A DNA stretch of 28,737 bases from Candidatus Limnocylindria bacterium (GTDB lineage Bacteria; Chloroflexota; Limnocylindria; QHBO01). Where the stretch lies: NCBI GenBank assembly GCA_035697465.1, contig DASSCW010000189.1, positions 1 through 28,737 of the forward strand, written 5' to 3'. The notes below the pieces were generated by a model, which was given only the letters and a program-made list of their open reading frames with translations, searched no databases and was not told the DNA's origin. The position numbers and the translations under genes were made by a program. This document shows positions 7,982-15,728 of the stretch, piece after piece; positions within the stretch are counted from its first letter, which is position 1; each line of letters begins with the position of its first letter.

Positions 7982-8011
7982 TTGACTGTATTAGTACTCA
8001 AGTACTAGGTT
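7982..8011 (+). promoter_or_regulatory. Promoter TTGACT-N18-TAGGTT containing a perfect 7-2-7 palindrome (TAGTACT-CA-AGTACTA, 7992-8007)
   Basis: Same hexamers and spacing as the promoter at 9865-9894; upstream of the secreted-protein gene at 8357. Confidence 0.6.
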
Positions 8012-8356
8012 CTCGCTCCACCGGGGGACCCGAGCTGCCCTCGCTTCCGGCCAACCGCATATTCGTGCCCGAGCCCCGCGTAGTTGGCCGCCGCGCCGTC
8101 TGCCCAGACGCTGCGCTCTCGTCCGCGTTGCCCTCATCTCTTCTTCTTCGGGCTGCGCGGGATCTCGATCCCACCTAGCCCGATCAGGGAGGGAGGGTTG
8201 TGTGCGCGCCATGGGGGCGAGCACTAGGTGCGAGCAGTGCTCACAGCGCAACGAGGAGGCGAACCGAGAAGGAAGAAACGACCGAGACGGAGCTTCGGGG
8301 ACACCCAATGACGGACCGTGGTGTTTCCCACCCTCTACTAAGGAGCGATAGAACCC

Positions 8357-9553
8357 ATGACTCTTCGAGCGAACGCGCCACGGGCCAAGCGCCGCTGGAC
8401 GGCGCTGTTGGCGGCAGTTTCACTGCTTATCGGCCTAACGACGACCACTGTGCTGGCAGCACCTCCGGGCATCAGCCTCGAGCAGTGCCGCAACGGTTCA
8501 GCAGCCAGCCCCAATGACTGTGAGGACCTCGGTGGGTCGGCAGGATGGGTCAACGGTAACGTTGGCGCATCGCAGGGCCACCTCCTGGAAGGTTATTCGA
8601 TTCCTTATCGCGCCCTGATGAACAACCTGCCAGCGAACACCAACATCACCGTCACACTTGGCTATGACATCACCCACAGTGGTGCGCATGCCATCGACTA
8701 TCTGACCCACTACGACCGGCTTGAGCCGCATGGCTTCTTTGGCCACGGCGACGCCGAGGATGTCTTTCCGGTATCGGGCACCAGCGTTAGCGCGACCCCC
8801 TTCGCGACTCTTGCAATTCCGGAGCCGTCGAATCTATCGGCCGACGCCAGCGCCGGATGGGCCAATATTCCTGCGGAACAGAAGGTCATCACACTCTTCG
8901 GTGGCACCTTCCCGGCGAGCCAGCCTACGTTCTATGTCACCGAGGGCGACATCAACGCCTCGCAGTCGGAGGCTCGTGTTCAGTTCACGTTCCTGACTGA
9001 CAGCGACGGAGGTTCCGCTGTCCTGGCCTGGGGTGGACATATCGCCCGCGGCGATCATTGGGACGGCGATTCGGCCTCTGCGATCAGTGGCTCTCCGTAC
9101 CACATGCGTTTGAAGGCTTGGACTCTCGGCAACGTGGGTAACCAGGACCGCTCGCTGTCGGCAGGAGCTGTCCAGGTCGAGACCTCGACGACCACCACCC
9201 AGCCATCAGCCCAACTTACCTTCAGCGTTGCACTCAACGATCGCGCAGATGTTTCTGCCGGTGGTGGGACGGTTGAGTTCAACCTGTGGAGCACCAAGAG
9301 CGCGGATACTCCTCCGGTCTGCTCGGGGTTGCTGTACACCGAGACCGTCGCCCTTAGTGGCGGATCGGCAACGACGACTGGGACCGGATCGTTCGGCAGC
9401 AACGTTGTCGCACCGACTAGTGCAACAACGTACTACTGGACGGCGGACTACTCGGGCGACGACACGACAGAACCTTCGTCATCGCCTTGTGGCGCGGAGT
9501 CTGTCACCGTCACGCCTCCGACCATTGGACTGGTGCCTGCCCCGGCGCCCTAG
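8357..9553 (+). CDS. Secreted protein (398 aa) with a Sec signal peptide and a C-terminal Ig-like beta domain
   Basis: AAGGAG RBS; basic N-terminus, hydrophobic stretch, ...TVLA|APP; LEQCRNG...C disulfide pair; Ser/Thr/Gly-rich beta character; C-terminal TVEFNLW...C...YYWTADYSGD...PCG. Ends before a hairpin terminator. Confidence 0.75.
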   Translation: MTLRANAPRAKRRWTALLAAVSLLIGLTTTTVLAAPPGISLEQCRNGSAASPNDCEDLGGSAGWVNGNVGASQGHLLEGYSIPYRALMNNLPANTNITVTLGYDITHSGAHAIDYLTHYDRLEPHGFFGHGDAEDVFPVSGTSVSATPFATLAIPEPSNLSADASAGWANIPAEQKVITLFGGTFPASQPTFYVTEGDINASQSEARVQFTFLTDSDGGSAVLAWGGHIARGDHWDGDSASAISGSPYHMRLKAWTLGNVGNQDRSLSAGAVQVETSTTTTQPSAQLTFSVALNDRADVSAGGGTVEFNLWSTKSADTPPVCSGLLYTETVALSGGSATTTGTGSFGSNVVAPTSATTYYWTADYSGDDTTEPSSSPCGAESVTVTPPTIGLVPAPAP

Positions 9554-9582
9554 TTCCGCGGCCGCACAAACTTGGACCCGAT

Positions 9583-9610
9583 GAGGGCCGGCCCGCAAGG
9601 GTCGGCCCTC
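9583..9610 (+). terminator. Intrinsic terminator-like hairpin
   Basis: GAGGGCCGGCCC-GCAA-GGGTCGGCCCTC (GNRA loop, one G-U pair) followed by GTTCTATTT, 30 nt after the 9553 stop. Confidence 0.7.
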
Positions 9611-9623
9611 GTTCTATTTGCTT

Positions 9624-9800
9624 GCGGACTTTCATCTCCCTGGCCACCGAGCGTGTCGCGGACTTCCACGCCCAGGGCTGCGAGTTCGTCGCGTAGCCGG
9701 TCTGCCGTCGCGAAGTCTCCGGCCGCCCGCGCCGATGCACGGTCTGCCAACACGAGGCGGCTTCCTCAGGCAGGGTCGGTGATCTCGACCTCCGGAGCGT
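9624..9800 (-). pseudogene. cysS: Frameshifted relic of the cysS 3' end (second copy)
   Basis: Aligns with 12386-12564 in the same orientation. LADRASARAAGDFATADRLRDELAALGVEVRDT vs LAERASARAARDFATSDQLRDNLAALGVEVRDT (28/33 identical). Three single-base frameshifts relative to cysS; no 5' portion. Confidence 0.85.
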
Positions 9801-9864
9801 GTTGATCTGTGTCAACACTTCAACTGCACCAAGTCCCAGCTGGGAGCGGAAGTCGGCTCTGGTA

Positions 9865-9894
9865 TTGACTCGTGTAGTTCGAAAGTACTAGGTT
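9865..9894 (+). promoter_or_regulatory. Promoter TTGACT-N18-TAGGTT with operator-like copy 3 (TAGTTCG-AA-AGTACTA, 9875-9890)
   Basis: Near-twin of 7982-8011; directly upstream of the LuxR-type regulator gene. Confidence 0.6.
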
Positions 9895-9964
9895 GCCCGG
9901 ACCGAGCACCTCCGCTGCCCATCCTCGGCTCGCGTTGCCAACCTCAACCCTGGGGGACGAGGCC

Positions 9965-10834
9965 TTGATCCGCACCGGGCTGGGACAGCGAACCGCTGGA
10001 AGCCTACGAAACGCCATCGATAGCCGCTGGGCACGGCTGGTGGCCGATATCGCCCCTCAGTTCCTCGCGTTGGCCGCCGCGGCGACGATCTACGCGTTCG
10101 GACCTCCTGTTGACGCGCAGCGCGATGTGTGGGTGTGGGCAGTGCTCGCGGTCGCCTTCGCGGGACTGCGCCTGGGCACTCTGCGCACCGCCCTGGTCAC
10201 CTCAACGTATGTCCTGGACGCGGTCGGCGTGGCGATCTTCATCGGTGGCACTGGCGACGCGGAATCGCCATTCCTCGGCATCGCCCTGGCGGGGGCCTGG
10301 TGGGCGTCACAGAAGGCCGCCCGCGGTACGCTGTACGCCATCGCCTTCGCCGCTTCCTACAGCATCCTGGTGGCTCCGGCGGCGCTGCGCGAGGGACACC
10401 TCGCGGCCGTCATCTTCCAGCCCACCCTCCTCTGCATCGTCGGACTGCTGGCAGATAGCCTGCGCGCGCGCGGCGATCTGTCGCGATGGGCCTTCACCAT
10501 CCTCACCCATGAAGGGGAGAGCCAACCGGCGTCCGTCAGGGTCGGGCTGAGCCGCGTGGTCCGCGGTGGGTCGGTTCCCATCGACGTCCTGCTGACGGCC
10601 GGCCAGTTGGGCCTGACCGCGGCCCAGACGGAGCTCGTTGCGTACCTCATCCTCGGCTTGTCGAACATGCAGATTGCCGAGGCGCTCAGCCTCAGTGAGG
10701 CGACGGTGCGCTATCGGCTTACTCGGCTGTACCGCGTCCTTGGCGTGCGCGGACGAAAGGCAGCAGCGGAACGAGCCCGCGAGCTGGGCCTCGGTGATCT
10801 CGTGGGGTCCGGAGGCGGGCCAGCCGCTGTATAG
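9965..10834 (+). CDS. Membrane-anchored LuxR/GerE-family HTH transcriptional regulator
   Basis: About five TM segments, including IGGTGDAESPFLGI, then LTAAQTELVAYLILGLSNMQIAEALSLSEATVRYRLTRLYRVLGV (GerE HTH). Start uncertain: track TTG9893 overlaps the predicted -10; TTG9965 has an upstream GGGGACGAGG. Confidence 0.8.
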   Translation: MIRTGLGQRTAGSLRNAIDSRWARLVADIAPQFLALAAAATIYAFGPPVDAQRDVWVWAVLAVAFAGLRLGTLRTALVTSTYVLDAVGVAIFIGGTGDAESPFLGIALAGAWWASQKAARGTLYAIAFAASYSILVAPAALREGHLAAVIFQPTLLCIVGLLADSLRARGDLSRWAFTILTHEGESQPASVRVGLSRVVRGGSVPIDVLLTAGQLGLTAAQTELVAYLILGLSNMQIAEALSLSEATVRYRLTRLYRVLGVRGRKAAAERARELGLGDLVGSGGGPAAV

Positions 10835-10846
10835 GTCCGGGAGACC

Positions 10847-10908
10847 GCACCAGAACGTACCGATTCGCACTTTTCTAGCGGACTTGAGTATCGAGTGAGC
10901 CGTAGGAT
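10847..10908 (+). promoter_or_regulatory. Conserved promoter block, copy A
   Basis: GCACCA...ATTCGCACTTTTCTAGCGGAC (21 nt exact, 10863-10883) with TAGGAT 40 nt after the start of the 21-mer; identical layout at 11688-11749. Confidence 0.65.
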
Positions 10909-11064
10909 CGTCGTCCGGCACCATCGATTCCCGATGGAGATTCGCAACTCGGGGGAAGTCGACGCTCGCGGGTATTCCGCCCGCCCCGCTGCCCGCTCGT
11001 GGTCAGCCCGTCGGCGCGACGACCGCCTTGCTAACCGGAATCGGATAGTAGGAGGATCGTGCCC

Positions 11065-11589
11065 GTGATTCGGAAATCAGGTATTGCCTTGGCCGTCCTG
11101 ACGGCTCTCGTCGTCTTGGTCGGTGGCGCCTTTGGGGCCGTCAACCCCAAGGGCGGGCTCCCGACGGCGACCTTCAGTGGAGCCACTGTCACCGTGCAGG
11201 GCGGGGACTTCAGCGGGTTGGGGAATATTCCCGCGTTCGCCACGCTCACGGTCAATGGAATCGCGACGTACTTCTGCGAGAACCCGCAGGGTCACCAGGC
11301 ACCGGGTCAGAACCCGGTGGATGCGCAGACGGGGGTTTCGGATCCCACCCCGCTGACGACGAGTAAGAACGGCCGATCCACGATCCCGCCGCTCAGCGAG
11401 AGCGTGTCGGCTCCGACCACCCCTACAGCGCAACAGGTTGGGTGTGGAGGAAAGGGCAGCACGCAGTGGAGCGTCGTTCTCGATGAGCTGATCGCCACGT
11501 CCGCCAACGTCACGATCACTCACGATGGAGATGTCATCTTCTGCCGCAACTACGTGCTCGGCGGATCGTCGACGGGCACCGCCTGCTAA
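11065..11589 (+). CDS. Small secreted beta-rich protein, paralog A (about 174 aa)
   Basis: GGAGGATCGTG context; MIRKSGIALAVL... signal peptide; GDFSGLGN, YFCENPQG, four Cys. Track start 11059; 11065 gives better RBS spacing. Confidence 0.75.
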   Translation: MIRKSGIALAVLTALVVLVGGAFGAVNPKGGLPTATFSGATVTVQGGDFSGLGNIPAFATLTVNGIATYFCENPQGHQAPGQNPVDAQTGVSDPTPLTTSKNGRSTIPPLSESVSAPTTPTAQQVGCGGKGSTQWSVVLDELIATSANVTITHDGDVIFCRNYVLGGSSTGTAC

Positions 11590-11625
11590 GGTCGAGGTGA
11601 GCCCTCGATAAGAGGCTCAGTCCGC

Positions 11626-11658
11626 GAAACAGGGGCACCAACCGGTGCCCCTTGTTTC
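11626..11658 (+). terminator. Intrinsic terminator-like hairpin
   Basis: GAAACAGGGGCACC-AACC-GGTGCCCC(T)TGTTTC downstream of the 11589 stop. Confidence 0.7.
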
Positions 11659-11687
11659 CATACCCGCGTATCCCGGACGCCTCGACT

Positions 11688-11749
11688 GCACCAAACCGCT
11701 CTTATTCGCACTTTTCTAGCGGACGACGAGCGTGGCGCGAGCCTAGATT
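11688..11749 (+). promoter_or_regulatory. Conserved promoter block, copy B
   Basis: GCACCA...ATTCGCACTTTTCTAGCGGAC (11704-11724) with TAGATT at the same +40 offset (11744-11749). Confidence 0.65.
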
Positions 11750-11897
11750 CTTCCTCCATTTCGCGTGCATGGGCACGCGCGGAATCGGCCAGTAGGGAAG
11801 GTCGAAACGCACCAGCCAGGCTTCTCGGCTGCCCAGCCAGCGGCGATGGCAGATTGCGGCCAAGCCCTATCGCGGCCTCGTACGGAGGATCGTGTTC

Positions 11898-12317
11898 ATG
11901 TTGCGCAAGAGTGGAATTGGCATCGCGGTAGTTCTTGGGCTGGTGCTGACGGTCGCGGCGGTTACGGCCACCTCGAACGCGCACTTTGTCGGGACGCCGC
12001 AGCTCACGGTATCGGGGAACACCGTCACCGCCAGCGGCAAGGTGGCTGGGCTCGGCCAGGTGAACGAGATCCATGTCAGCGTCACAGGCGATGCCGCATG
12101 CATCAACCCGGGCAGCAAGAAGCCCCAGGCGGCCAACAAGGAGAGCTTCGCCGCGGGCGGCAACTTCCCGGTCCAGAACGGCAAGGCCCTCTTCAGCGTC
12201 CGGCTGACGGCGACCTTCCAACCGAACTGCACGCCGCCAATGAGCGTGCAGTGGTCGAACCTGGTCATCACGGTGACCGCAGTGCCTGACGACGGGACCT
12301 TCCTGCAGTTCCCCTGA
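11898..12317 (+). CDS. Small secreted beta-rich protein, paralog B (about 139 aa)
   Basis: GGAGGATCGTG context; MLRKSGIGIAVVL... signal peptide; GKVAGLGQ, ACINPGS, second Cys in PNCTPP. Track start 11892. Confidence 0.75.
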   Translation: MLRKSGIGIAVVLGLVLTVAAVTATSNAHFVGTPQLTVSGNTVTASGKVAGLGQVNEIHVSVTGDAACINPGSKKPQAANKESFAAGGNFPVQNGKALFSVRLTATFQPNCTPPMSVQWSNLVITVTAVPDDGTFLQFP

Positions 12318-12341
12318 TCGACCGGTGCCCAACGGCCGATG

Positions 12342-12372
12342 ACGAGGAGGGTGGCATCGCCGCCCTCCTCGT
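12342..12372. terminator. Probable bidirectional terminator hairpin between paralog B and cysS
   Basis: ACGAGGAGGGTGGC-ATC-GCCGCCCTCCTCGT, 14-bp stem with one G-U pair, between convergent stops. Confidence 0.75.
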
Positions 12373-12379
12373 TTCACGC

Positions 12380-13780
12380 CTAGCGGCGGACGGTCGTCTC
12401 CTGGCCGTCAGGCGTGTCGCGCACCTCCACTCCCAAGGCGGCCAGGTTGTCGCGGAGCTGGTCGGACGTGGCGAAGTCACGGGCCGCGCGCGCGGAGGCG
12501 CGCTCGGCGAGCATTGCGGCGGCTCCTTCCGGCAGCTCGGTGATCTCCTCCTCGGCGGGAGCGTCAAGGCTCAGTCCCAGCACCCGGTCGAAGTCGAGCA
12601 GCAGGGCGCGCCGCTGGGCGGCGCCGAGGTCATCGGCACCTGCCACGGCATGGGCGATTGCCAGCGCGGCGGGGATGCCCAGGTCCTCGCTGATGGCATC
12701 GGTGAACCGCGCCCGGTAGCCCGCCATCGGCTCAGCCGAGAGGTCGACCGCGGATGCATCGGCTTTATCGGCCTCAGCGGCAGCCCGTCGCAGGCGCCGC
12801 AGCCCGGAGGTTGCGGCAGACATGGCGTCGTGGGTGAAGTCCAGCTTGGACCGATAGTGGGCGGTCAGCGCCAGGTACCGGAAGGCGAGTGGCTCGAATC
12901 CGAAGTCGGGCAGCTCGTTGACTCGGATGACGTTTCCCGCCGACTTGGCCATCTTGGCATCGGCCAGGGTCAGGAACTCGCCGTGCATCCAGACGTTCAC
13001 GACGGGATGCCCGGTCACGCCTTCCGACTGCGCGATCTCGTCCTCGTGGTGCGGGAACTTCAGGTCGATGCCGCCGGTGTGGATGTCGAACCGATCGCCA
13101 AGGAACTTCATCGACATCGCCGAGCACTCGATGTGCCAGCCGGGAAAGCCGTCGCCCCAGGGTGACGGCCACTTCATGAGCCGGCCAGGCTCGGCCGCCT
13201 TCCACAGGGCGAAGTCCTCCGGATCGCGCTTGTCGGTCTCGACGTCGACGCGGTGCCCGGCCCGCATCTGGTCCAGCCTCTGCCCGGACAGCTGGCCGTA
13301 GCCCGGGAACTCGCTGACGTCGTAGTAGACGTTGCCGTCGACCTCGTAGGCAAGGCCGCGCTCCAGGAGCGTCGAGGTCATCTCGAGCATCTCCGGGATG
13401 TGGTCGGTGGCCTTGGGCATCACGTCGGCGAGCGGCATGTTCAGCAGTCGCTCGTCCTCCAGCCATGCCTCGGTGTAGAACTCGGCGATCTCGGCCGGAG
13501 GCTTCCGCTCCGCCTCGGCCGCCTCGAGCATGCGGTCCTCGCCGGTCTCGCGCATGTGGCCGACATCGGTGATGTTCTTGACGTACAGCACCTCGTAGCC
13601 GAGGTATTGCAGCGTGCGGCGCAGCAGGTCGCCGAACAGGTATGTCCGCAGGTTGCCGATGTGCGCGTAGCGGTAGACCGTGCTGCCGCAGGTGTAGATG
13701 GTCACGCGCCCGGGCGCGATCGGCTCGAGCGGTTCGACCTTGCGGGTCAGCGAGTTGTAGAGGCGCAGGGTGGGGAGCAT
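12380..13780 (-). CDS. cysS: Cysteine--tRNA ligase (466 aa)
   Basis: LRLYNSLTRK, YTCGSTVY, HIGN, NITDVGH, DFALWK, PGWHIECSAMS, DIHTGGIDLKFPHHEDEIAQ, KMAKS. Confidence 0.97.
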   Translation of the reverse strand: MLPTLRLYNSLTRKVEPLEPIAPGRVTIYTCGSTVYRYAHIGNLRTYLFGDLLRRTLQYLGYEVLYVKNITDVGHMRETGEDRMLEAAEAERKPPAEIAEFYTEAWLEDERLLNMPLADVMPKATDHIPEMLEMTSTLLERGLAYEVDGNVYYDVSEFPGYGQLSGQRLDQMRAGHRVDVETDKRDPEDFALWKAAEPGRLMKWPSPWGDGFPGWHIECSAMSMKFLGDRFDIHTGGIDLKFPHHEDEIAQSEGVTGHPVVNVWMHGEFLTLADAKMAKSAGNVIRVNELPDFGFEPLAFRYLALTAHYRSKLDFTHDAMSAATSGLRRLRRAAAEADKADASAVDLSAEPMAGYRARFTDAISEDLGIPAALAIAHAVAGADDLGAAQRRALLLDFDRVLGLSLDAPAEEEITELPEGAAAMLAERASARAARDFATSDQLRDNLAALGVEVRDTPDGQETTVRR

Positions 13781-13810
13781 GGAGCGCGAATTGTACCGAT
13801 GCCGGCTGGC

Positions 13811-15628
13811 CTACTCCTCGCTGGCGGCTTCCGCGCGGAGCTCGCGCAATGCCTGCTGGTCGATGCGGCCGAAGCGCGGCAGGTCGCCGATGCTGGTAGA
13901 GCGCGCCAGGCGCTCCTGCATCTTGCCCAGGACCAGCGGTCCGAACTGCGGTATCGCCATGAGCTGCTTCAGCGTCTCCGCCGGGACCTGGAGCAGCTCT
14001 GCCTTCTCGGTGGCCACCACGTCCGCGGTCCGCAGGCTGCCAGTCAACGCCGCGATCTCGCCGAAGACATCGCCAGGCCCCATCGACGAGAGCGACTGGT
14101 AGCTGCCTTCTCCACCCGTCCGCCCTGCCACCAACCGGCCTTCCAGGACGAAGTAGGCGCTGTCGCCCGGCTCGCCGGTGCGGGTGATGACGGTGCCGGG
14201 GTCCGCGTCGACCACGCGGCCGGTCCGGATGAGCGCGTCGCGGTCCCGCTGCGGCATGCCCGCCAGCGCAGGGATGTAGCGGCCCAGCGCCTGGACATCG
14301 TCGACCGTGGCCGGACGCCCGGCGCCGGCCTTCGGGGCCGCGGCCGCGCCGCGCAGCAGCGCCAGCGAGCGGCGCCACTCGGCTGCCGGCTGGCCGATGC
14401 CCGGCAACAGTGCGCCGATTAGCGACACGGTGATGAGCACGCCGGAGCTGACCGCGAACATGACCCGCACGTCGATGACATCGGCGAATCCGGCCAGGCC
14501 CATTCCCAGCAGGTAGAAGACGTCGCGCAGGACGTAGCCGGTGCTGAAGACCCGGCCGCGCATCTCGCGTGGCGTGTTGCGCTGGTTGATGAGGCGGCCG
14601 GCTACGTATGACGGTGCATTGAGGACGCCGGAGATGCCGATGAGCCCGATGGCCAGCCAGATGTTGCTGGTGAGCGCGTAAGCCAGGCCGGCGAGGCCCA
14701 TCCCCAGGAAGCTGAAGATGAGCCAGCTCCCCTCGCGCAGCCGCTCTGCATAGCGGGCCATCAGCAGGCTGCCCACCACGAAGCCGACCGAGGTGATGCC
14801 TTCCTGCAGCCCGTACTCGAATTCGGTGGCGTTCAGCACGTCCAGCGCGAATGGCAGGAGCAGGACGTTCTGTAGCCCGAAGGTGACCATCACCGGGATC
14901 CGGATCAGGTTCATCGAGCGCAGGATCGGTGTCGCCAGGATGAACTTCGCTCCGAACGCCAGGTTACGGACGACGTCGCCGACCGTCGTCGTCTCCTCGA
15001 CCACGAACTTCGGGATGCGCACCAGCGCGATCAGCACCGCAGCGAAGAGGAACGTGCCCGCGTCGATGAAGAAGACGAGCTCGACCGAATACTGCGCCAG
15101 CAGCCCGGCCAGCGCGAAGCCGACAGCTGTCGAGCCGAACTGCGCGATCGCCATGAGCGAGTTCGCGGCAGCGAGCTCCTCGTCGCTGGCCACCTCGGGA
15201 AGGACGGCATCGTTGGCCGGGTCGAAAAACTGACGGACCGATGACGAGAGCAGCACGATCACGTACAGCCAGAAGACCGAGTCACCCTCGGTGATCAGGA
15301 AGGGGATCGATGCCACCAGCGCTGCCTGGAGGACGACCGTCACGATCATGATCGTCTTGCGGTCGTATCGGTCCACGAACACGCCGGCGATCAGGCCAAA
15401 GATCAGGGTCGGCGCCGCCGACACCATGAGCATGATGCCGACGTTCAGCACCGAATCCGTCTCGCGGAAGACGATGATTCCGGCGGCCAGCGAGGTGAGC
15501 GCGTCGCCGATGGTCGAGACCAGCTGCGCCGTCCACAGGTAGACGAAGCCGCGCTTGCGGAAGACGGCGAACGGCCCCGGCGGCGCGGGCGCGGGCGCGG
15601 GCTGAGCGGGCTCGTTCGCGGCGGTCAC
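13811..15628 (-). CDS. MFS transporter with a C-terminal cyclic-nucleotide-binding domain (about 605 aa)
   Basis: WTAQLVSTIGD, GVFVDRYDRK (MFS motif A-like), about 12 TM; C-terminal FGEIAALTGSLRTADV phosphate-binding cassette. GGAGG RBS before GTG15628. Confidence 0.9.
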   Translation of the reverse strand: MTAANEPAQPAPAPAPPGPFAVFRKRGFVYLWTAQLVSTIGDALTSLAAGIIVFRETDSVLNVGIMLMVSAAPTLIFGLIAGVFVDRYDRKTIMIVTVVLQAALVASIPFLITEGDSVFWLYVIVLLSSSVRQFFDPANDAVLPEVASDEELAAANSLMAIAQFGSTAVGFALAGLLAQYSVELVFFIDAGTFLFAAVLIALVRIPKFVVEETTTVGDVVRNLAFGAKFILATPILRSMNLIRIPVMVTFGLQNVLLLPFALDVLNATEFEYGLQEGITSVGFVVGSLLMARYAERLREGSWLIFSFLGMGLAGLAYALTSNIWLAIGLIGISGVLNAPSYVAGRLINQRNTPREMRGRVFSTGYVLRDVFYLLGMGLAGFADVIDVRVMFAVSSGVLITVSLIGALLPGIGQPAAEWRRSLALLRGAAAAPKAGAGRPATVDDVQALGRYIPALAGMPQRDRDALIRTGRVVDADPGTVITRTGEPGDSAYFVLEGRLVAGRTGGEGSYQSLSSMGPGDVFGEIAALTGSLRTADVVATEKAELLQVPAETLKQLMAIPQFGPLVLGKMQERLARSTSIGDLPRFGRIDQQALRELRAEAASEE

Positions 15629-15728
15629 GGTGCCTCCGTTGGGTGATACCGTCGGTTGCGGACTGCCGGCGCTGCGCAGCGGGCACGCGGCCGGCACATT
15701 GTGCCATCCGGCCATCTACCATCGCCGC

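Noticed and set aside
8018-8356. Known riboswitch in the long leader
   Set aside because: Some short stems (GGCCAAC/GTTGGCC) but no consensus I can match by eye; needs an Rfam scan.
8200-8517. 105-aa ORF with a G-rich upstream sequence resembling an RBS
   Set aside because: Overlaps the well-supported 8357 gene by about 160 nt in another frame; low-complexity sequence with no motifs.
9550-9753. 67-aa - strand ORF resembling the CysRS C-terminus as a functional mini-gene
   Set aside because: Frameshifts on both sides, no RBS, and a tail running through a terminator; treated as a pseudogene relic.
12774-14422. Long alternative ORFs 12774-14378 (-) and 13253-14422 (+)
   Set aside because: Off-frame or antisense shadows of cysS and the MFS gene.
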